32,000 nt of DNA from Caedibacter taeniospiralis. Its GTDB lineage: Bacteria > Pseudomonadota > Gammaproteobacteria > Francisellales > Francisellaceae. The notes below the pieces were generated by a model. The model saw only the letters and a list, made by a program, of their open reading frames with translations, made no database searches and was not told where the DNA came from. This document shows, one piece after another, positions 18,003-26,358 of the stretch (position 1 is the first letter of the stretch; the number at the start of each line of letters is the position of its first letter). The translations under genes and the position numbers were made by a program. Where the stretch lies: contig NZ_PGGB02000005.1 of NCBI RefSeq assembly GCF_002803295.2, forward strand, positions 61,969 through 93,968. The letters are read 5' to 3'.

Positions 18003-20261
18003 ATGTTTTGGCAGGCACTAGTAAAAATCATCGAACTTAAGCAGGATCTTGATGTTGTTCTGTCAATGTTTGCTAAAGATACATGCAAGCTTTTGAATAT
18101 TGATGCGTGCAGTGTATTTATCCTGGATGACACTGAACACATCTACACGTTAAGCGCCTCCACCTTAGTGCCGACACTAAGATCGGGGATGATCTATATT
18201 AACGCCAGGGACGACTTACTTGGCAAAGTCGCCTTGCGTGAAGAAGCACTTGTGGTTGCTGATATGTCTAAAGCGCCAAGCTATAGTGTCCTGCAAACGC
18301 TGTCGCGTAACAAACTTCAGTCACTCTTGGCAGCTCCCGTTGTTCATAAGGGAGAAGTGATCGCCATAATCGCTTTTCAGTTGAGTGACAAAGACAAAAT
18401 TACCGAGAACTTACAGACCGATGTCGCGACCCTTTGCGCTAACCTTTCGTTGCCACTTAATCGTGCGATTCACATTGAGGATATTTCTGAGCAGATTGAA
18501 GACCAGCCTCAAAGCCCGTTGTTCTTTGATGGGATCAGTGCTAATGAAGGCGTGCAAAAGGGGGTTGCTGTTGGTCGCTATAACATCACTGATATTGAGG
18601 AAATTCCCGATAAATTAACTCAGTCTGAGGATGAAGAAAACTTATTTATTGCTGCAGTAAAAGAAGTCAAAGCTTCGCTAAAAGAAATGCTACAACGCAT
18701 AAACTTGCTGGTTGGTAATAGCGAGGCTTCTTTATTTGAAGCTTATTTGCAAATGATTGACAGCAGTCGTTTTTATGATGCCATTATTCATTACATTCGC
18801 CAGGGAATCTGGCTGCAAAGTGCGATTAAACGCGTGGTATTAGAGCAGGTTGCTATTTTTGAACAGATGGATGAGACGTATTTTGCTGAGCGCGCGAGTG
18901 ACATTCGTGATTTAGGCAAGCGTGTTTTACTGGTGCTTGAAAATAAGATTTTGAAAAAGAGTCACTATGCGGTTGACACCGTGCTTGTTGCCAGTGAAGT
19001 AACGGCATCGATGATTGCTGAAGTTCCCAAGGGGCGCCTAAAAGCAATTATCTCCGAACATGGCTCCTCGTACTCTCATGCGGCTATCTTAGCCAAAGCA
19101 TTATCCATTCCCTTTGTCACTGGCATTAAAGCCTTACCTGTTAGTTTTATTGATGGCAAAGAGGTGATTGTCGATGCCTATGTTGGACGCATTTATATTC
19201 AACCCACGAAAGGGCTTAAAACTGCTTATGAGAGATTAATCAAGCATGAAAGCCAAAAAGCGGTTGAGCTGCAAGCGATAAAAGAACTCCCTAGCGAAAC
19301 ACTGGATGGGCATGCTATTGAGCTTAAGGCAAATGTTGGCTTGATTGCAGATCTGGATAGAGCTGTCACCCAAGGGGCTGAAAGCGTTGGTCTTTACCGC
19401 TCTGAAATCCCATTTATGATCCGTGAGCGTTTTCCCAGCGAGGATGAACAGCGGATTATCTACCAGCAAATTTTATCCACATTTCCCAACAAACCCGTTG
19501 TACTGCGTATTTTAGATGTGGGTGCTGATAAGACCTTACCTTATTTTTATGAAGAGGAGCAAAACCCTGCATTGGGCTGGCGCGGTATCCGCATGATGCT
19601 GGATCAATCCAATTTGTTTTTAATGCAAATCAGAGCAATGCTCAAGGCAAGCCTGCACCATAATAACCTGCGCATTTTACTACCAATGATCACCACGATT
19701 GAAGAGGTTAAAGAAGCAAAGAAACTGATTCGCCAGGCCTACAAAGAAGTCGTTGAAGAGGGTTTTGACATTGAGCTTCCTGCGATTGGTGTCATGATTG
19801 AAGTGCCAGCAGCAGCCATTCTTATTGATCGCATCATCGGTTTAGTTGATTTTGTCTCCATCGGTTCAAACGATTTAGCGCAATATATTTTAGCAGTTGA
19901 TCGCACTAACGAAAAAGTTGCTTCGTTGTACGACCAGCTACATCCTGCGATGATTAGAGTACTTTATCACTTAGTTAAAACCACAAAAAAACACAACGCA
20001 GAAATTTCTTTATGTGGTGAGCTTGGTGGCAATCCTCTGGCAACTGCTTTGCTTGTTGGCATGGGCTTTGATAGCTTAAGCATGAATGCCGCTGTACTTC
20101 TTAAGGTGAAACATGTTTTAAGAAATGTTTCCTACAAACAGTGTCGGAATGTCTTAAAACACGTACTCAAACTAGCAACCACTGAAGAGGTGCACACTTA
20201 TTTAGAGAATTTTCTCGTTGAGAATGACTTAGGCGGACTGATTCGCGCGGGGATTAGCTAA
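18003..20261 (+). CDS. ptsP: Phosphoenolpyruvate-protein phosphotransferase PtsP (EI-Ntr, GAF domain-containing)
   Basis: 752 aa with an N-terminal GAF-like region, the phospho-His region GSSYSHAAILAKAL and the PEP-utilising motif IGSNDLAQY. It shows the conserved rppH-ptsP adjacency. Confidence 0.9.
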   Translation: MFWQALVKIIELKQDLDVVLSMFAKDTCKLLNIDACSVFILDDTEHIYTLSASTLVPTLRSGMIYINARDDLLGKVALREEALVVADMSKAPSYSVLQTLSRNKLQSLLAAPVVHKGEVIAIIAFQLSDKDKITENLQTDVATLCANLSLPLNRAIHIEDISEQIEDQPQSPLFFDGISANEGVQKGVAVGRYNITDIEEIPDKLTQSEDEENLFIAAVKEVKASLKEMLQRINLLVGNSEASLFEAYLQMIDSSRFYDAIIHYIRQGIWLQSAIKRVVLEQVAIFEQMDETYFAERASDIRDLGKRVLLVLENKILKKSHYAVDTVLVASEVTASMIAEVPKGRLKAIISEHGSSYSHAAILAKALSIPFVTGIKALPVSFIDGKEVIVDAYVGRIYIQPTKGLKTAYERLIKHESQKAVELQAIKELPSETLDGHAIELKANVGLIADLDRAVTQGAESVGLYRSEIPFMIRERFPSEDEQRIIYQQILSTFPNKPVVLRILDVGADKTLPYFYEEEQNPALGWRGIRMMLDQSNLFLMQIRAMLKASLHHNNLRILLPMITTIEEVKEAKKLIRQAYKEVVEEGFDIELPAIGVMIEVPAAAILIDRIIGLVDFVSIGSNDLAQYILAVDRTNEKVASLYDQLHPAMIRVLYHLVKTTKKHNAEISLCGELGGNPLATALLVGMGFDSLSMNAAVLLKVKHVLRNVSYKQCRNVLKHVLKLATTEEVHTYLENFLVENDLGGLIRAGIS

Positions 20262-20323
20262 CTCCAATAACTAATTTGAAAATCGCGCTTTGACAAAAAT
20301 AAGAATTTAGAAAAGGAAAGAGG

Positions 20324-21178
20324 ATGATAAAAGGGTATGGTTTTGGTTTTCTCTATGTTTTTCTTGTCGCTGCTTCGACCATTTGGCTAAACAGTCTGGG
20401 TCAAGGCATAACCATTCCTATCCTTTTATTTTATACCTCGCTGACCTCAATATTGATTTTCAATTTGGTGAATATTAATCGGTTTAAGCAAAACCATGCG
20501 CTAATTTTGAGTTCCAAGAAAAATTGGCTTTATATGTCAATTTGCCTAATCTTCGTCTGGTATTTTACCTACTATGCAACAATTCACAGTTCTGCTGAAT
20601 TTTTCATTGCGACAGCGTTTTTGACGGCAGCATTTATTTCTTCAGGGCTTGCCAAGAAATATTTTAAAACCTTGGCTTGTGTGTTCTCTTTGGGGTTGGT
20701 TTATTTTTATTCTTCTATCGATTCGCCTATCACTTTAGGGACCGCCATGCTTGCAGGGGCAGCAACTTATGCCTATTACCGAAGTTCTTATCAATTTAGC
20801 CAAGAAACAAAAATGAGTGCGTTGGCAATTCTCTCCATTCGATTTTATCTGGTTTTGCTTTTTGCAGTGCTTTACATTGTGGCTTCAGGCGAGCTCATTC
20901 ATCTAAAAATTTCGATTGATGAAATCGCGGTAATTGTCTTATTTGCATTGGTGAACATGGTAATGCCCGCTTATTTGTCGCAAACCTCTTTGCATGCTAT
21001 CGGTGTCAGTAAGTTTACTTTTTTAAACACGCTCATCCCTGCTTTAACCTTCTTTTTGGATGCCATTTTTAATCATACTTGGCATATTCAAATGCTTGTT
21101 GCTTGTCTTTGTGCTACGCTGACCCTGAATGTAGATCAATGGGGACGGGCATTTAGCGCCCGCCAGCAACGTCAATAA
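20324..21178 (+). CDS. Polytopic membrane protein (about 9-10 TM), possibly a DMT/EamA-like transporter
   Basis: 284 aa, strongly hydrophobic. AAAGAGG lies directly upstream of the ATG. The family assignment is a guess from topology only. Confidence 0.45.
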   Translation: MIKGYGFGFLYVFLVAASTIWLNSLGQGITIPILLFYTSLTSILIFNLVNINRFKQNHALILSSKKNWLYMSICLIFVWYFTYYATIHSSAEFFIATAFLTAAFISSGLAKKYFKTLACVFSLGLVYFYSSIDSPITLGTAMLAGAATYAYYRSSYQFSQETKMSALAILSIRFYLVLLFAVLYIVASGELIHLKISIDEIAVIVLFALVNMVMPAYLSQTSLHAIGVSKFTFLNTLIPALTFFLDAIFNHTWHIQMLVACLCATLTLNVDQWGRAFSARQQRQ

Positions 21179-21899
21179 AACTTCCTGTGACATACGAGGC
21201 TTCATCGGACAACAACCAAAGAATGGCATTTGCTACTTCACCTGGCTCACCACCTCTTTGCATCGGTAAGGAATCTTTGATGCGATCAACCCGATTAGGC
21301 TCACCACCGCTGGCATGGATATCAGTATAAATGAATCCAGGTCTGACACAGTTCACACGAATTCCCTCATTTGCCACTTCTCGTGATAGGCCTATGGTTA
21401 AAGTATCGATTGCTCCTTTTGAGGCGGCATAGTCCACATATTCTCCAGAGGAACCTAAGCGTGATGCGGCAGAGGAAACATTAACAATCGCACCTCCACT
21501 TCCCCCTTGTTTCGTAGACATGCGTTTCACAGCCTCACGTGCGCATAAGAAATGGCTTGTGATGTTGGTCGTGAAAATTCGGTTGAGTCGGGCCATATCC
21601 ATTTGATCAACACGCATTTTTTGCTCTAGGATTCCCACATTGTTGACTAAGGCTGTTAGGAGACCTAGTTCTTTGTCTACCGTTTTAAAGAGCTTTTCAA
21701 CAACGGATTCTTGGCTAACATCCCCTTCAATAGCAATTGCTATCCCGCCAGTTTTTTGGATTTGAGCAACCAAATTCTGAGCTGACTGTTGCTTACGAAG
21801 GTAGTTAATACATACAGCGTAACCTTGTGCTACCGCTTTTAATGCAGTTTCAGCACCAATTCCACGGCTTGCACCTGTGATCAACATTACTTTTTGCAT
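21153..21899 (-). CDS. Short-chain dehydrogenase/reductase (classical SDR)
   Basis: 248 aa with the cofactor motif TGASRGIG, NNVG, and the catalytic S...YAASK. Confidence 0.85.
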   Translation of the reverse strand: MQKVMLITGASRGIGAETALKAVAQGYAVCINYLRKQQSAQNLVAQIQKTGGIAIAIEGDVSQESVVEKLFKTVDKELGLLTALVNNVGILEQKMRVDQMDMARLNRIFTTNITSHFLCAREAVKRMSTKQGGSGGAIVNVSSAASRLGSSGEYVDYAASKGAIDTLTIGLSREVANEGIRVNCVRPGFIYTDIHASGGEPNRVDRIKDSLPMQRGGEPGEVANAILWLLSDEASYVTGSFIDVAGGR

Positions 21900-21934
21900 G
21901 TGGTAGTCCTTTCTCGGTCTGGCACCTCATTATT

Positions 21935-22624
21935 CTAGTCAATATTGGACTTACTGATAATGTGCGTACTCCATTTTTTCTTGAGCAGCAGGCATTTTTT
22001 GTTGAGGTAGTTTAACGGAAAGGGCATGGGGCGCATAATATCAACCATCAAGATAACGCGAATGCTGTCGCTGTGATTCGTGACTTCATGGTCATAGCGA
22101 TCATCAATGATAATGCTTTCACCCATTTTCCAAGTATAGGTCTTGTCAGATACCCTAATAAAAGGAGGGTTGTTTTTGGGGATCGTAATTCCAAGGTGAT
22201 ACCTCAGTATGCCTGCATAAGGGCCCTGATGTGCTGCAAGGCAGACGCCAGGCTCCAGCACAGCGATCGTTACATTAATCGGATCGGGCATGCCTTTGAT
22301 AAGCTCAAGTAGTTTAGGGCAATCTTTTTGGGCATGGGGGTTGATTTGCCACATGAAAGACACATAGTAGAGTTTCCAGTTTTCAGAAACCTCTTTGGCT
22401 CGAATGGGATCAATATCTTTGTAGGCAGTCAAATTTCTGGTTGAGACTAGCTGATCAATTTCTTCTTTAATTTCATCAAAGTGGTCTTCTAATATTTTTG
22501 AGTCTGGAAAAACCTTTTTTGAATCCAAAAAAGGCGGGCGCCTGTCCCAGCCTGCATAAGTTAAAAAAAGAGCATTTAAGAGGCTTCTGAAAAAAGCGCT
22601 ATTCTTACTGATTGATCCCTTCAT
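21935..22624 (-). CDS. Aspartyl/asparaginyl beta-hydroxylase-family Fe(II)/2OG oxygenase (LpxO/AspH-like)
   Basis: 229 aa. The core HQGPYAGILRYHLGITIP ... IIIDDRYDHEV resembles the Asp_Arg_Hydrox fold signature (H...R.HLGL..P). GAGAGGG lies upstream of the ATG. Confidence 0.6.
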   Translation of the reverse strand: MKGSISKNSAFFRSLLNALFLTYAGWDRRPPFLDSKKVFPDSKILEDHFDEIKEEIDQLVSTRNLTAYKDIDPIRAKEVSENWKLYYVSFMWQINPHAQKDCPKLLELIKGMPDPINVTIAVLEPGVCLAAHQGPYAGILRYHLGITIPKNNPPFIRVSDKTYTWKMGESIIIDDRYDHEVTNHSDSIRVILMVDIMRPMPFPLNYLNKKCLLLKKKWSTHIISKSNID

Positions 22625-22635
22625 TTTTCCCTCTC

Positions 22636-23469
22636 TTAATTTCTAGGTTTTCTGGCAATGATATAGCAGAACTGGCCTATTTTTTGTCTGAGTTTATCCC
22701 TGGACTGAATATAGTCATGAATTTTCCCACTTTCTTTTAAAGAGGTTAATTTATTCAGTACCCCATTGAGCTCATCTGGGGTTAATAAGGAAAAATGCGA
22801 GTCGCCATCCCTGAATTCTTTCTTATAAAGAGAGTCAGCATCGAAATATCCATTGTGTTGGATGATGGTAGAAGTGGGTACGATTTTTTCTGGGGTGGCA
22901 TAGCCAAACGTATTGAGTATTTCTACCAATTGATCATCAGATAAAAAGCGTTTTTTCATTCTATCTACGGCAGGCTTAATCAATTCACCCCACCACACGC
23001 CATCATCCAATTGTTCGTGAGTGATGGTGTTGATGATCAATCTCCCATTGGGTTTTAAAGCCTTAAGCGCATATTCAAAAAAGCGTCTGTGATTTTTAAA
23101 GTTTGTGTCTACTTCATCTATGTGATGAAGCGACTGGTTGCACATAATAGCATCGAATGTATTTTCTTTAAATGGAAGCTCAGAAATATCACATCGAATT
23201 AGGTCATCATTTTTCAGGTCTTTTTCTGTATATTTTTCTTTTGCTTTGGCAAGCATTCCCTGGCTAAAATCTGCGGAAATCACATTTGGAATGAATTTTT
23301 TTAAAGGGACTGCATAGTTACCTGTACCACACCCTGCATCCAGAACCTTAATATTTTCCAGTTTCTCCTGTATCGTTAGAATGTAGCCAAGGACAATTTC
23401 AATACCGACTGCGCTTCTGGTTTTATCATAATTTTTGCTGGTTTCGTCATAGCGCTCATACTTACTCAT
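22636..23469 (-). CDS. Class I SAM-dependent methyltransferase
   Basis: 277 aa with motif I VLDAGCGTGNYA and a post-I acidic residue (ISADFS). The start codon overlaps the upstream Trm112-like stop (ATGA). Confidence 0.8.
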   Translation of the reverse strand: MSKYERYDETSKNYDKTRSAVGIEIVLGYILTIQEKLENIKVLDAGCGTGNYAVPLKKFIPNVISADFSQGMLAKAKEKYTEKDLKNDDLIRCDISELPFKENTFDAIMCNQSLHHIDEVDTNFKNHRRFFEYALKALKPNGRLIINTITHEQLDDGVWWGELIKPAVDRMKKRFLSDDQLVEILNTFGYATPEKIVPTSTIIQHNGYFDADSLYKKEFRDGDSHFSLLTPDELNGVLNKLTSLKESGKIHDYIQSRDKLRQKIGQFCYIIARKPRN

Positions 23470-23651
23470 TTGCTTAACTCCTTGTCGCTGATTTTGATTG
23501 CTTCACTGCTGATTAAATTGGGTATGCCATCCTTGATGAGATAGGCGACACCGATCTCTTTTGAGATTAAGCGGTTATTTGCCTCATCATAAATTAGAGG
23601 TTGCCTGGTGGTTGGGCAAACAAGATAATTGAGTAGTTCCTTGTTAAACAT
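23466..23651 (-). CDS. Trm112/UPF0434-family small zinc-ribbon-like protein
   Basis: 61 aa from the ATG at 23651: MFNKELLNYLVCPTTRQPLIYDEANNRLISKEIGVAYLIKDGIPNLI. This matches the LL..LVCP...L......L......YPI.DGIP.L pattern of Trm112p-like proteins. The track start at 23717 is an extension. Confidence 0.65.
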   Translation of the reverse strand: MFNKELLNYLVCPTTRQPLIYDEANNRLISKEIGVAYLIKDGIPNLISSEAIKISDKELSK

Positions 23652-24693
23652 TTTTAGCGTTCTCCGTTGCTGAGTTGAAGTTAATGATAGATTGTAAAGG
23701 TACTGGGGAAAAGCCAAGGCGTTCTTTTATAGCCTGTGTTGTGCGTCCTGCCTCAATGATCTTGTAATTATGTTGTAGGGCATATTGATACAAATTGACA
23801 TACAACATGGTGTAAGGGCTGTATTCAGTTAAGGAGTAATCCACCCCAAGCGCCCAAAAATGCAGCGTGTCATGGTCTAAAAATACGATACCAGCAGCGA
23901 CTCGCTGCTCGCCATGCTTGATCTCAAGTACCGTTGCAATGGCATCGCAGCTTTTTAGAAAATTGTACATCGGGCCTTTCGGATAGTAAGCCCCTGTCCC
24001 ATATTTGTCAGTGGTCTGATGAATCAAATCGACAACCGCTTCTAAATCAGCATCCCGAATGTTGTACCACTTTGCAGAGGAGTCGGTTGCATTGTATTTT
24101 CGTATTTGCCTATTTACTTCTTGTCGCCCATGTCTAGGTAGCTTTGCAATAATTTCATCTAAACTGGAGTGTGGAGCTATCTCTGTCCTAAAACGATTCC
24201 ACATAGGATTGATTTTGTACTCATGCTTGCTAAAAATATCCAAGGGATAGCTTAAGGAATGAGTATCAATATTTAAAACACCGCAGCATTCTATTTGTTC
24301 TTTTTGGCGGATTGCTTTCAAAGAGCTCAAGATTTTTTCAATTACGATGTTTTCATGGCCTTTGGCCGCCAAAATTCTTGAATCGCTAACGTGCATAATA
24401 TGAGAGAAGAGCGCTTTGGTATCAGCAGAAAAATCATAGTTAGTGCTTTGGCTTAGCACTTTGAAGGTGTCTACATTTTTTTGTAGGTATAAAGGGAGAA
24501 AGCCAACAATATCATCCTTGTGTTTAACAACGATGTAGAATGTTTTTAAGGTAGGAAGCAACGGAAATTGCTCAACAGCATTTAAAAGTTCCCAGCTATA
24601 AAATACAGATGCCCCCACAGATTTTTGAAATTTTTCGTATGGAGCGTGTTCAATGCTCTTAAGACCTTCAAAAACAGAAACTTCAAAACTCAA
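23644..24693 (-). CDS. FemAB-like / DUF482-type GNAT-fold acyl- or aminoacyl-transferase
   Basis: 349 aa with a TTG start and GGGGG 7 nt upstream. The C-terminal half (LHFWALGVDY...YTMLYVNLYQYALQHNYKIIEAGRTTQAIKERLGFSPVPLQS) resembles the FemAB-like 'peptidoglycan biosynthesis/recognition' GNAT family. Assignment is by eye only. Confidence 0.5.
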   Translation of the reverse strand: MSFEVSVFEGLKSIEHAPYEKFQKSVGASVFYSWELLNAVEQFPLLPTLKTFYIVVKHKDDIVGFLPLYLQKNVDTFKVLSQSTNYDFSADTKALFSHIMHVSDSRILAAKGHENIVIEKILSSLKAIRQKEQIECCGVLNIDTHSLSYPLDIFSKHEYKINPMWNRFRTEIAPHSSLDEIIAKLPRHGRQEVNRQIRKYNATDSSAKWYNIRDADLEAVVDLIHQTTDKYGTGAYYPKGPMYNFLKSCDAIATVLEIKHGEQRVAAGIVFLDHDTLHFWALGVDYSLTEYSPYTMLYVNLYQYALQHNYKIIEAGRTTQAIKERLGFSPVPLQSIINFNSATENAKNV

Positions 24694-25076
24694 GATCGCC
24701 CCCTAGCTAATTTATATTCTATGGTGTCGTGATTTAATAAATCAATGGCACTACCTCAAGCAAGCACAGGTAAGTAACCACAAGATTTTAATCTCTTCGG
24801 GATATATTTCCCGCTGCTTGCGGCAGGGAGTTTCATTTGAGCCCAGTTTTCAAATTTATTATGATTTTTTGCAAAAAAGCAATCAAATGGAAATGAAACT
24901 TAGGAGCGAATTCTAGCGTAAAACGTAAGGCAATACAAAACAAAAATTAGGTTTTTGCTATTTCAGGGAAGTGTAAGAAAAAGTGATGAAGGTGTTGTTT
25001 AATTCCTGTAAATATTGTAATTTTATGGCAGTTCGCACAAACTTGGCATAGCTCAGGTAAAGAGATAACGAAGTGA

Positions 25077-25462
25077 TTAAGATTCAACTTAATTAGGGAA
25101 GCACAATGCTGTGAAAATGTGCGTAAATTACGTTGGTCAAAGGGCGTGATCTGTGCCCATATTGCCAAGCCCTGTCAGAAGAGATTATGAAGAGAAGGAG
25201 AGTGGGGAAAAGCATGTTCTGTCCACGTTATCGTTGCGAACGATGTCATCAGGACTTTGATGACTTAACTAATAGCATTTTCACAGCGTGCCATCAACCC
25301 CTGAGGGTGTGGATTTTACGCCTTTATTTTATGGGTTTAAAGTTATCCAATGAGCAGATTGCAAAGAAGTTTGTGTATAATGCAAGAAAAAAGAGAAAGG
25401 TCTTACCTGACCACTCTTTAGAGGCTTTTTTATGTAGAAAACCAACATTGGAGAAAGCATGA
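25077..25462 (+). pseudogene. Remnant of an IS1595-family (ISXO2-like) transposase: N-terminal zinc-ribbon region only, frameshifted, DDE domain missing
   Basis: One frame reads ...CCENVRKLRWSKGVIC. An overlapping frame continues LCPYCQ...RYRCERCHQDFDDLTNSIFTACHQPLRVWILRLYFMGLKLSNEQIAK. Together these match the RW..G..CP.C...RY.C..C...F...T.TIF....PL..W pattern of the IS1595 transposase zinc-ribbon domain. Similarity ends after about 100 codons. Confidence 0.5.
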
Positions 25463-26358
25463 CCATCACCTCCCTGAAACACCAAAAGAACCATCTAAAA
25501 AATTAAAGGAACTGCTTTACAGCTCGGAATTAAAATTTTTTATGGAGTCTCATAGTGCATTAAGTGCCAAAATTGCAGAGGATGCAGGATTTGAGGCTTT
25601 ATGGGCCTCACGTCTCTCCATTTCTGCTTCAATGGGGTTAAGTGATAGAAACGAAGCCTCTTGGACACAGGTTCTAGAGGTAGTTGAGTTTATGGCTGAC
25701 CATACTAAAGTTCCTATTTTAATGGATGGCGACACTGGCTTTGGCAACTTCAATAATGTGCGCCGTTTAGTGAAAAAGCTCTCCCAAAAAGGAGTGGCTG
25801 GGGTATGCCTGGAAGATAAGCTATTTCCAAAGCTTAATTCTTTCTTAGGGGATGGTCAGGAATTAGCAGATATTGAAGAGTTCAGTGGAAAAATTAAAGC
25901 TGCCAAAGATAGCCAACTGCATGATGATTTTTGTGTGGTAGCACGTACTGAAGCGCTTGTTGCAGGTCATGGCATGGACGAAGCTTTGAAGCGTGCAGAT
26001 CGTTTTCATGCTGCTGGTGCAGATGCCATCTTGATTCATTCTAAAAAAGATACGGGAGACGAGGTGCTAGAATTTTGTAAACGGTGGGAGAATCGTTGCC
26101 CTGTCGTGATCGTGCCGACAAAATACTACAAAACTCCCACCACCACTTATCGGGAAGCTGGCGTGTCAACTGTAATTTGGGCTAACCATAGCTTGCGTGC
26201 GTCTATTGCAGCGATGAAGCGTGTAACTTCTCTGAATTAAAAAAGAAGAAGCTGTTTCTGGTATTGAGCATGAAATTGCCTCTCTTCACGATGTGTTCTC
26301 ATTAACAAATGAATTTGAAGTGCAGGAAGCTGAAAGAAAATACGGTATGCCATCATGA
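25459..26358 (+). pseudogene. pepM: Phosphoenolpyruvate mutase, interrupted by two single-base frameshifts (three frame segments)
   Basis: The core ORF 25542-26240 has the PepM signature [10 protein letters not shown] plus [26 protein letters not shown] and [15 protein letters not shown]-preceded ATG at 25459 encodes [14 protein letters not shown] in another frame. The C-terminal about 38 aa (EEAVSGIEHEIASLHDVFSLTNEFEVQEAERKYGMPS) is again in that first frame and ends in an ATGA overlap with ppd. The total span is 900 nt, or 300 codons. Confidence 0.85.

Noticed and set aside
24947-25168. 73-aa minus-strand ORF, and the 109-aa plus-strand ORF 25133-25462 considered as an intact gene.
   Set aside because: The minus-strand ORF is antisense to the IS stub and has no motifs. 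The plus-strand ORF is only the zinc-ribbon N-terminus of an IS1595-type transposase whose homology starts upstream in another frame and lacks the catalytic domain. It is therefore annotated as a remnant, not a gene.
25495-26240. Programmed ribosomal frameshifting as the explanation for the split pepM. A_AAA_AAT at 25497-25503 formally fits the X_XXY_YYZ -1 slippery pattern and lands exactly in the core frame.
   Set aside because: A second, +1 event would be required at CTG AAT TAA (26232-26240), where re-pairing of the P-site tRNA (AAU to AUU) is poor. I see no stimulatory SD or pseudoknot. Two independent recoding events in one metabolic gene are far less likely than mutation or sequencing indels. 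It is retained only as a remote alternative.
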